IMG/VR virus record: IMGVR_UViG_2521172672_000002
Span: 6,931-70,930 of that record
Direction: 5' to 3' (one strand)
From: a virus
Lineage: Duplodnaviria > Caudoviricetes
Length of the DNA stretch: 64,000 nt
Position numbers and translations under genes: made by a program. The notes under the pieces were generated by a model that worked only from the letters and a program-made list of their open reading frames with translations, was not told where the DNA came from and searched no databases. Every line of letters starts with the position of its first letter. The first letter of the stretch is position 1. This document shows, piece by piece, positions 9,998 to 19,400 of this stretch.

Positions 9998-10080
9998 GCT
10001 ATGCCATGGGGTTTAGCGGGTGGGGATGTGTAGGTTTTGCTGGGCCTAACTCCCCTCACTCCCCCACCGATACACATCAG

Positions 10081-10100
10081 TTGGTTCGCCAATTGGTCCG
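10081..10100. repeat. Putative integrase arm-type direct repeats
   Basis: TTGGTTCG-CCAA-TTGGTCCG mirrors TTGGTCCG-AAA-TTGGTCCG at 63960-63978 and TGGCCCA-AAAT-TGGCCCA at ~9900-9918. Confidence 0.6.
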
Positions 10101-10191
10101 ATAGCTTTCATCCAACTATGATGCCGATCCGGCATAATCTAGGCCGTTCGAAGCGCATGCCCCTCCTCTGGCGTTCTGCCGAATCCCACCC

Positions 10192-10557
10192 CTATCCTGC
10201 TACACGGTCGTGATCCCGGACGCTGAACCGGACCACACCCCACACCTCGAACGTATCGCCCTCCATGATGTACCGCGACGGGTACTTGGGGTTCTCCGAC
10301 CGCAGGACCAGCACACCATGCTCATGGCACATGCGTTTGCAGACCGGTTCGCCGTTCACCGCCGCGATCACGATATCGCCGTGCTTGGCCTTGACGCTTC
10401 GATCAACGACCAGCAGGTCACCGGAGTACATGCCGATACCCTCCATGCTCTCGCCTTCGATCTTGACCAGGTAGGTCCAGGGCGCACGCACCTGCATCAG
10501 ATCGTCCAGGCTGAGCTGAGGCATGTCGTCGATTTCGAAGTCAAGAGCGGTGTTCAT
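10192..10557 (-). CDS. UmuD/RumA-like S24 peptidase-fold protein
   Basis: GESM (Ser), GDLLVVDRS, GDIVIAAVNGE and VCKR (Lys); no umuC partner. Confidence 0.85.
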   Translation of the reverse strand: MNTALDFEIDDMPQLSLDDLMQVRAPWTYLVKIEGESMEGIGMYSGDLLVVDRSVKAKHGDIVIAAVNGEPVCKRMCHEHGVLVLRSENPKYPSRYIMEGDTFEVWGVVRFSVRDHDRVAG

Positions 10558-10571
10558 TGGCGGAGCCTCCA

Positions 10572-10591
10572 TACTGTATAAATGAACAGTA
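10572..10591. promoter_or_regulatory. LexA (SOS) box
   Basis: TACTGTATAAATGAACAGTA = CTG-N10-CAG consensus, just upstream of the umuD-like RBS. Confidence 0.9.
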
Positions 10592-10639
10592 TGGTAGTGG
10601 CCTGCGATAGGGCCGGCAACTGCCGACAAGCGGGATGCG

Positions 10640-10864
10640 CTAGTGCGTAGGGGGCAGTTTGCTGCCCATCAGCTTGGCGACGGTGCGAAGCTGGTAGTCG
10701 GAAACCGCCTGGGCCAAGGACTCGGAATGGAGCCGCAGACGCTCTACCTCCTCGGCTAGCGCACCGTAATCCCTAGCCTCCCAGTACCGTTTGAGAGCTT
10801 CCATCGACTGCGCAATGAGCGGTTCGCCTGCCTCAACGGCCTTGGCAAAATCATCTTCGTCCAT
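10640..10864 (-). CDS. Hypothetical protein
   Basis: 74-aa helical ORF at the prophage end. Confidence 0.6.
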   Translation of the reverse strand: MDEDDFAKAVEAGEPLIAQSMEALKRYWEARDYGALAEEVERLRLHSESLAQAVSDYQLRTVAKLMGSKLPPTH

Positions 10865-11065
10865 CAGCTAATCCCTTGTTGATGCATAAGTATAGGTCCA
10901 GTGACGCTTCTGCAGGGGAGCCACCAACAGACGTTGGAGCACATGCCCACGTTAACCAAGCCCCAAGTCAATCAGGGATGAGCCGCCGTGTACAGGCCAT
11001 GACGCCTAACCTATCTTCACTTTTTTCAATAGTTTGGATAGGATTCTCAAAAAGAGAACGTATAA

Positions 11066-11587
11066 ATGTTAACAGAAATTAATTACTTCCTAATAGATTC
11101 TGGTTCGGATAGCACAGCCACTTGGGTCGCGATCACATCGCTCGCTGTGTCAATTGGCGCGCTTATAGTTGCAGCATGGCAAACGAGAATGACCAGGAGC
11201 CACAATAAACTGTCAGTCAAGCCGAACTTAGCTATCGACGTAAGCCAGGACGGCAGTAACTTCTCTGCAGTCTTAAAAAACACTGGGTTTGGCCCGGCAA
11301 AAATCACTAAGTCAACCTTATATTTAGACGGCGTCCCTCAGGCGGGCCAAGGAACAGCGCTTATAGAATCAGCCTTCAAATCAATTCCACATTGCGAGCT
11401 ATTCTATACAGAATTTTTCCATCCACCTTATGTATTACCAACTAGCGGCTCCGTCCAGCTATTCAAGGTAGAGTTCGACGATAAGCAAATAGGAGATTTT
11501 CGAGACTACATAATGACAAGGTTAAAGCTAGAGATTAGCTACACATGCTTCTATGAAGATGTGCAATTCTTTTCTTCGGACCAGTGA
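11066..11587 (+). CDS. AT-rich moron; N-terminal TM anchor plus soluble domain
   Basis: Visibly lower GC, convergent to the lysis genes, one TM helix (aa ~18-38). Confidence 0.75.
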   Translation: MLTEINYFLIDSGSDSTATWVAITSLAVSIGALIVAAWQTRMTRSHNKLSVKPNLAIDVSQDGSNFSAVLKNTGFGPAKITKSTLYLDGVPQAGQGTALIESAFKSIPHCELFYTEFFHPPYVLPTSGSVQLFKVEFDDKQIGDFRDYIMTRLKLEISYTCFYEDVQFFSSDQ

Positions 11588-11606
11588 TCAGTTTAGGCGT
11601 ATCTAG

Positions 11607-12104
11607 CTAGTACGCTTCAAGTGCTTGATATTCACTCTGGCACTGCTCTCCCGCTATTCGGGCTTGGTCATAAGCCTTCGCCAACTCTCCCGCTCGAGCA
11701 TCAGCCCGTGTGAGCAGGTCGGAGAGCACCATGGCAGCGCGGGTGGCTGCCTGGCCTCGGGCGACAGCGGCGGTATCCGTGCGGGGGCAACTGACGGCGG
11801 CGGCGAACTTGGCGCCTTCGTTGCGCAGCCGCTGGCCAGCAGCATCGGCGCCAGCAGCGTCAGCATCAGCCGCCTGGTGTTTTTCATATGCATGGGCTCT
11901 CGCCTCCTCCTGCGCCTGGGCGCGTTGATGTTCCTGCTGACGGGCGCCGCGCTCACCAAGCACCTCGGCAAGACGGTCGCCGCTGTCGCGCTGGGCCGTG
12001 GCTTGGCCGGCTTGCGCCTGCTCTACACTCCGGCCGTGCTCGTAGGCGGCCCAGTGGCTGGCCACTAGGACCAAGCCAGCCGCCAGACCGACCCAGGGGC
12101 TCAT
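11607..12104 (-). CDS. Rz-like inner-membrane spanin (DUF2514-type)
   Basis: N-terminal TM, Ala/Gln-rich coiled coil, follows the endolysin, contains an embedded lipoprotein gene. Confidence 0.85.
   Translation of the reverse strand: MSPWVGLAAGLVLVASHWAAYEHGRSVEQAQAGQATAQRDSGDRLAEVLGERGARQQEHQRAQAQEEARAHAYEKHQAADADAAGADAAGQRLRNEGAKFAAAVSCPRTDTAAVARGQAATRAAMVLSDLLTRADARAGELAKAYDQARIAGEQCQSEYQALEAY
11654..11893 (-). CDS. Rz1-like outer-membrane spanin lipoprotein embedded in Rz in another frame
   Basis: GGAGGAGG RBS; MHMKNTRRLMLTLLAPMLLASGC lipobox; Pro-rich mature part. Confidence 0.8.
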   Translation of the reverse strand: MHMKNTRRLMLTLLAPMLLASGCATKAPSSPPPSVAPARIPPLSPEARQPPALPWCSPTCSHGLMLERESWRRLMTKPE

Positions 12105-12547
12105 GCCAGGGCCCGCCGGATGCCCTCATCGATCAGCGTCGACGGATACGGGTTGGTGCCGTTCTCGTGCACGATGATACCAACCACTAGCTCGCGCAGG
12201 ATCTGGGGCCTGGAGATGTCGATCTGGCCGCGCACGCCGACGCCCAGGCGCTTGGCGATGGCCAGCGCGTAGGCATTGGTGTCGTTCTCGCTAGCCGGCG
12301 CCCAGCGATTGATGAACTCCAGCGGCGTGTCGATACCAGGTCGGCCAACGCCGGGCATCCCATCCTTGCCACGGTAGTTGAGCAGCAGCTTGCCCAGGGC
12401 GCGGATACCGTTCTCTGGATGGTCGAAGCGGGCGAAGCGCGGTTTAGCCACGCCTACCTCAATGCCCAGCTGCCCCTGCCAGGCGTTGCGAGGGTTGTAA
12501 TCGATGTTACCTGGGTTGTTATTGCGGACACCGCGGGGTGTGGTCAT
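12101..12547 (-). CDS. Probable endolysin (lysozyme-like RNNNPGNI family)
   Basis: RGVRNNNPGNI, FARF...GIRAL, RWAPASENDT.AY and HENG motifs; immediately upstream of the spanins. Confidence 0.75.
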   Translation of the reverse strand: MTTPRGVRNNNPGNIDYNPRNAWQGQLGIEVGVAKPRFARFDHPENGIRALGKLLLNYRGKDGMPGVGRPGIDTPLEFINRWAPASENDTNAYALAIAKRLGVGVRGQIDISRPQILRELVVGIIVHENGTNPYPSTLIDEGIRRALA

Positions 12548-12563
12548 AGGTTTTCTCCAGGCG

Positions 12564-12588
12564 AAAAAAAGCCCGCGCTGGGCGGGCT
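12564..12588 (-). terminator. Rho-independent terminator
   Basis: AGCCCGC/GCGGGCT stem with T-run on the minus strand. Confidence 0.7.
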
Positions 12589-12607
12589 GTATGGTGAAGC
12601 GTGTGGC

Positions 12608-12835
12608 TCAGGCCTCGGCGCTCTCGTCCGGTACCGGATCGGGCTTGGCTGGCTCACTGCCAGTGATCACGACTTCGGCGGTGAACTCCTCGAGGAGCTC
12701 GGCAGTGACAAACCGGTGGCTGGGGAACTGGCGCAGGCCGGCTTGGATACGCTCCCTGGCCTGTTCCAGGGTGGTAAAGCGGGTCTTGTTGTCAGGGTCG
12801 TAATCGTTGGTCAGGTTGATGGCTACGTAGGGCAT
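12608..12835 (-). CDS. Hypothetical protein
   Basis: GGAGA RBS, flanked by hairpins. Confidence 0.65.
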   Translation of the reverse strand: MPYVAINLTNDYDPDNKTRFTTLEQARERIQAGLRQFPSHRFVTAELLEEFTAEVVITGSEPAKPDPVPDESAEA

Positions 12836-13041
12836 GGTTATCTCCAGGTGAAAAAAATGCCCGCGCGTGGCGGGCTTGAGGGTTATTTGACTGTCAGGTT
12901 TTGGGGTACTGTTGCTTTACTCGTTGAATCGTGGAATAGAACGGCTCGGCCTTGGGCATTGTCCCTTGGTCCATAGCGTGCCAAAGCATGTCCAGCTGCT
13001 CCTCAATGGCTGGGTAATCCGCGGCCCGGGCTTTGGCATGG

Positions 13042-13428
13042 TCACTTTTGTGCTCGATTTTCAACGCTCAATACCTCGCTCTGGTAAGGCCACAGGTCGA
13101 TCACAACCTCATATTCGCCAGGCAGGCTGAAGCCCAGCTCGATGTCGCTGCCGTCGGCGGTGTACTCCACGCCCTCAATGTTGAGCACGGCTTTGGCGGG
13201 CACGCCTTTGAGGGTCATGCCAACCAGCTGCAGTGCCATCTTGGGTCGAGGCACGATCTTGCCCGCGCTGACGAACTGCTCGAGCTCGCTGGCCCGGGCG
13301 AACAGATAGGAAAATCCTGTTCGCTTCGCGTTGAGCTCCGCCTCGAGCTGGGACATATAGCCCCGCATACGGATTTCTCCGCGCTCGTTGTAGAGCACTA
13401 CCTCACCGGCAGGGGGTGACTGGGTCAT
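13042..13428 (-). CDS. Hypothetical tail-associated protein
   Basis: ATGA overlap with the J stop codon. Confidence 0.65.
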   Translation of the reverse strand: MTQSPPAGEVVLYNERGEIRMRGYMSQLEAELNAKRTGFSYLFARASELEQFVSAGKIVPRPKMALQLVGMTLKGVPAKAVLNIEGVEYTADGSDIELGFSLPGEYEVVIDLWPYQSEVLSVENRAQK

Positions 13429-16400
13429 CTCATGATTCCTTGCACCATAAGGTTCTGATAAGAGAGCACCACGCCTACCGCGCCGAGGATCGAGAAATCG
13501 ACCGTGTGCTGGCCTGCTCCCACGTACTGACCAGAGGCCAGGGTGATGGAGCTGTCCGACCAGTTCGCGACGGATTCAGCGATCATGTTTCCATCCAGGA
13601 CCAGGCGGTACTGGTAGAACTGGGTGCCGTTCGATAGGAACGTTGCGCAGTAGTTGATGTAAACCATGCCAGGCTGAGGCATGTAGAACGTGATGGTCAG
13701 TGGCGTTTGCCAACTTCCGTTGCAGTTGAAGCGAGGGGCATAGCCAGCGTACCGGGGGATGGTAACTGCCTCGTTACCGATCTTGAGCGTGTCCACCTGC
13801 AGGTTGCCGATCTTCGAGTTGGTGATGGCCGCGTCTTGGATCTGGGCGTTGGCAATGGCACCGTTGGCGATCTTGGCGGTGCCAATACTCGCGTTCCGGA
13901 TGTAGGCGTCGGAGATGAACGTCTGCCCGCCAACCACGGAGAATGGCGACGAAAGCCCTCCCCCGTTGGCGTTGAGCAGCACGAACTGGTCCGAATAGAC
14001 CACGAAGGCCGATTGCACCACCCCGTTTTGCTCGTTGATGCCGATGCCAAACCCGCCCCAATGGTGCACGCCCATCTGGTTGTTGATCTGCACACGCATG
14101 GTGTACTGCGCGTTGAGCATCCCTTTCATGTCGGACTGCGCTGTAGCGACCTGCTGGACAGCAGCATTGGCGTTACCTGCCGTTGCCTGGGCCGTGTCGA
14201 CACGTTTGGACAGAGCGCCATCGGCATCGGCTCGCGCTTGAACCTCACTCTGAACAGCCGCCGCCGCTTCATTGGCTTTCGCCTGGGCAGTGTTGATCCG
14301 CGTGCTTAGCGCCGAGTCGGCAGTGGCGCGAGCAGTCGTTTCATCCTGAATCGCTGAATTGGCGTTGCCCACTGACGTGTACAGCCCGTCCGTGCGCTTG
14401 GCCTCCGACTCGATCTTGGCACCCTGCTGTGTGACCTTGGTATCCAGCGCCGATACCGCAAGCGCCTGGCCAGCAGCCTGGCGCGTTGAGGTGCCAGGGG
14501 TGAAAGCAGAGGGCGCCGTCGACTCCCCGACCTTCTCCTCGACCATGAAACCGTCGAACCACGTAGACCCGGAGTTACCTGCAGACTGCGTGAACAGCAC
14601 CATACAGGCAGGCCCAGCCAACGCGGCAGGAGCCGTGAACACTCCGCTGTACCGCGACAGCTCCAGACCCACGTTCACGTTGGCGAAGACTACCTCGCTT
14701 TCGCCGCCTGCGGTGTTCTGGAAGCGCATACGGACCGCCACGTTATGGACCGCGCTGCCTTTGGCCCAGAACGAGACGATGTACTGACGCCCGGTTACCA
14801 AGCGCAGGTTGTAGTCGGTGGGACTATTTGCCAGCCACGTCCAGCCCGAACCGGTGTTCGACTCCACCTTGAGCAGCCTGCCGCTGTACGCCGCAGCGTC
14901 TGCCACTGCACTGAACACCAAGCCGGATTGGCTTCGGAAGACCGGTAGCGAGTCAGTGAACGTGGAGTACTCCGCTGGCATCAGGTTTGACCCTGACCCG
15001 CCGATAGCCTCGACCTGGCTGCCGATCCGCGTAATGCTCGAATTGGCAGCGGTCAAGCCGCCCTCCGCCGCTGTCACGCGACCGGTCAAGGACTGGAGCG
15101 CGCTGGTGCTGGCTTTGGACGGCAAACCGCTGGAGGTGCTGTTGACAGCGTTCTCCAGGTTGGTCGTCCTGCTGCTGACGCTCGACAGGGTCGAGCCCTG
15201 TTGCGAGACCGTTGATGACAGCCCAGTCACGGCGGACGACAAGGCCGAGCTCTCAAAGCTGTTGACCTGGCCATTGTCCCGCCAGCCCGTTGCCCGAATA
15301 CCCTCCTCGATTTGATAGCGGTCGGCCTCTATGAAGCCGCTGCTGGTCGAACCACCGCCGTACACCACGACCGCTGCGTAAATCTTGGTCGTAGCGGCTC
15401 CTGGCGTGAAGGTTACGGTCAGCCGTACCCAGCCGTCTGTTGCATCGGTGCGGGCCCCTGCCCAGCTCTCGGTACCGGCACCTGCCTCATTGGTCCCATA
15501 GGCCTGAGGCAAGATACGCAGACCCGGCGAACCACGCATATAGACCGATGCCGTGTAGGTTTTGCCTGGCACTGGCTTGAACCGGAACTGCGACTTAACG
15601 TAGCAGCGGGCCCAAGTAGACGGCGTCAGGCCGGTCACATCCAATCGCTGCGCCATGCCCGATGCCAGCGAGGACGGCACCAGACTCGGGACTCGAGTCG
15701 TACTGCCGGTGCCGTCATACCACCAGCCGTCCGCCATTCCTGGCGTGCCCGGGTCGACCCGTTCGAACGATGGGTTGAAGACCAAGTTCTCCGCGCCGAC
15801 ATCGCCGATGCTGTTGTTCAGCTCGGTCAGCTGACCGGAAACACTGGTCATCCCGCTTTCGGCCCGCTCCACTCGACCCGTCAGGGCTGTGTTAGCCAGG
15901 GCGTTCGCCTGGGCCTGGTCGAAGCTGTTGCCCATGCTGAACGTGGACGGCGACTTCTGCTCGTTGACCACCGCTTCGAACATGAACCGGTCGAAGTAGC
16001 TGACCCGGTTGGCCACCCCGGAGCGGTTGCCCTGGATAGCCAACTGCATCTGCGTACCGGTGTAGGCCGGGTCTGTGAGGTCAATGACCCCTGAGTACCT
16101 GGCCCACGAGGTCGTCAACGCGAAGGTAGGCGCGTTCGACGTCTTGAAAGATGTCCCGTCCGCGAGCAACACGCGGGCGTAGGCCCCCACCATATGGCCA
16201 GCCGTCTCCGTCCTGGCATAGAAGGACACCAGGTATTTCCCTGGCTTGAAGTCCATGTTGCAACCAGGCGCATTGAAACCGGTGTTCAAACCGAAGGTGT
16301 GAGAGTCGACGGCGCGACTATCAGCCCGCAATGCATAGCCTTTGAGGGCTTGCGGATCAGCCACTGTAGTGACGTTGACGCCACCGTTGGAGTACATGGG

Positions 16401-19400
16401 CGGCAAGTCTTTTGTGAACGCACAGTACTCAGCAGGGACCAGGTTGACGCCACTGGCGCCCAAGTTGTTCAGGCTTGCATTGATGCCTGTCAAGGCCTGG
16501 CCGTTGGCGGTGATCGCAGCGCCCTGCTGTGATACGACGTTATTAAGAGACTGGACTGCAGATGATTCGGCTTTCTTGGCCACCTCCTGATTGGTTGCAT
16601 TCAGCGTATTGATCAGTACGGTGATGGCACCGGATTGCGAGCTCAGTCCCTGCTCCGTTCGCTCAACCCGCGCACCAATGGCTGACGTGGCCGTGGCGCC
16701 TGCGTCGATCTGCGCCTGCTCGGTGGCGTCCTCGATGTCGAAATAATCGACAACGACCTGCCCGCCCACGTCCGAGTAACCGGCGATGATCATGGGCGAG
16801 AACCAGGCAGCACCTTCCTTGAGCCGCTTGGGGTCTGCCAGCGTCCCAGCACCAGCTGCCCCGCCCTCCGAGCCAGTTGTATGCCCCTTCACATACACCT
16901 CGGCGGTAGTCCATTCACCTTGGCCGAGCTTCCTGTTGCTCAGCAGAACGTAGTGAGAGGACCCGACCGAGCCCGTGCCCAGGGTGCTGACGCGGGTTTT
17001 GCCGTCTTCCGCGTAGCAATCAAGGCCTGCGTAGGTGCCGGGCGAGCCGGTACCCATGGCGACCTGTTGCACTCGAATGGTCAGCTTGTAGAGGCGCGTC
17101 GGGTCGAAGCGGATCTTGCGGGTCGAAGCGCCCCACCAAGTCCGGTTGCCGGAGCCGCCGTCCAAGATCAACGCCGCGCCCCGCGTGATGCCGTTGGGCG
17201 TACCGAACGAGGCCGAGGAACCGGCACCCGAATTGGTTGACACCCATTGATCCTGAGCCATGTCCGAAAACACGCTCTGGTAGACCTTGGTCGGCGAGTT
17301 GTCCTGGCTGGCCAGCAGCTTGGTGTCTATCCGGGTCAGTGCCTGGCCCTGGGCGGTCTGGTTCTGCCCCTGGGTCTTCACCTCGTTGCTCAGGGCCTGG
17401 ACCGTTGAGGCGTCGGCCTTCTTGCTCACACTGTCAGTCAGCGAAGTCAGGGCCTGGCTCTGCGAGGTCAGCTGCTGATCCTGAGTGGCGTCCTTTTGCT
17501 CAGTGGCGGTCACACGGCTGGTGACCTGCTGCAAGGCCTGCGAGCTGGCCTTGCCGTCGATGCTGGTCTGCATCCCGTCCATGCGGGTGGCTTGCGACGA
17601 CAGTTTGCCCTCGGCATCGCTGACGCGGGTGGTCAGGCTGCTGACTACAGAAGCGTCGGCCTTGGTCTGCGCCAGGGCGAGAGCACCAGCGGCAGCAGCG
17701 GCTGCATCGGTGGCCACCTTGTCCGTCACCGCAACCCAAGCCGAGCCGGTCCAGCGCTTCGGGGTGTTGGCATTGCCGGTGGTGTCGATCCACAAGTTCT
17801 GCGCCAGACGATCAGCGACAGCAGGCGCTGCCGACTGAACGATGACCTTGCCCTTCCCGCCCGCCAGCGTGGCCGCATCCTGAGCAGCCTGCTGAGCAGC
17901 CGAGACGTTGCCATTAGTGGTGGTCAGGCTCGATTGCAGCCCGCTGATCTGAGACGCCTGGGCGGTCACCTTGCCATCCAGCGTGGATACATCGGTCTCG
18001 ACCTTGGAAACGCGCGCAGCCATACCGTTGGCAGTCACCACCGCCTGGCCAACATCGGTCCAGTAGGTGGCGTTCGGCGGTGGCGTGTTCAGCGGTACCG
18101 CTTTCAGGGCCTGGTACAACTTGCCATCGCTGCCTAGGGCGCTTTGGCCGACGCTGTAGGCCTTGTCCTTGCGGTATGGCAGAGAGCCGGCCAGGGCCGA
18201 GACGTTGGCGATCTGCTGCTGCAGCTCGGTCTTGGCAGCCGAAACGTCCGCGCTCACGGCAGTAATTTGCTGCTCGAGATTGCCCTTCACAGTGCCAAGA
18301 GCGTTGTTCACGTCGCTGATCTGCTTGGCCAGCTCAGTCTTGGCGGTGCCGATCCGCTCGTTAACCGAGCCCGGGCCGTTGCCATCGATAAGCGCGATCT
18401 TTTCGATCTTGCTGGTGAGCTCCTTGCCCAGCTCGCTCTCGGTGATCTGGTCCTTGATCTGCTCGAGGATCGGGCCAGCATCGGCACTGGCATTGCCGGT
18501 GACCACAGTCGGCGCCACAGGGAAGAACGGCCCAATGTTGCCGGACCGGTCCACCAGGCGCGCCCAGAAGAAGAAGCGCTGACCCGCACGCAGACCCTGC
18601 ATGACGTGCTCGCTCTGCGGGTAGGCCAGGTCGGCAAGTTTGGTTGCAGCACCGAGGTCGGTGCCTTCGCTGTACCACAGCTCGGTACGCTCGGTGTCTT
18701 CGGCGCCGGCAGGCATGCCCCACTTGATGCCGATGCCGAACAGCAAGCTCTCGGTTGCCAGGAAGGTGACCGCCGGCGGCAAGCCTTCCTTGCCGTTCAG
18801 CTGGGTCAGGTCCGAGCTTTTCCAGATCGAGGTGATATCGAAGGCACTGACCGAACGGACGCGGGCTAGGTAAGCGCCAGCGTAGATACCGACCACGTCC
18901 ACAGATGCCGCACCAGTGCGCTGCAGGCGGATCCAGTTGCCGTTGTCCTTGCGCCACTCGACATCGTAGGCAACGGCGCCCGCCACTGCCGGCCAGGCGA
19001 TGGTCATGGTGCTGACCGCGATACCCTGGTCGATCATGTGGCCAGACGACAGCGATACGCTGGCCGGAGGCGCCACGGTGGTCACCGGAATGACGCTGAT
19101 CGGACGCTCGTCCAGCTTCGCTCCTGTATCAATCGCGGCGAACTTGCTCGGGTTGAACTCGAGCGCGGTGATTTCGTAGTTGCCCTCCTGGGTGCGGGTG
19201 GTCTTGAGCACCCGGAACAGCTGAACCGCCAGGTCGTCGTAGTCGATCGCCCACTGCAATTCAGGTTCGGGTTGCAAGCTGTACTCGGTGGTGACGGTCA
19301 CCGCCCGGCCCGCGACGGAGTGCACGGTCCGCGCCTGGGCGGTACCGTTGGGCAGGTTCACGATCAGCCGGTCGCCGGCCTTGATCGGGGTGTCACGGTC

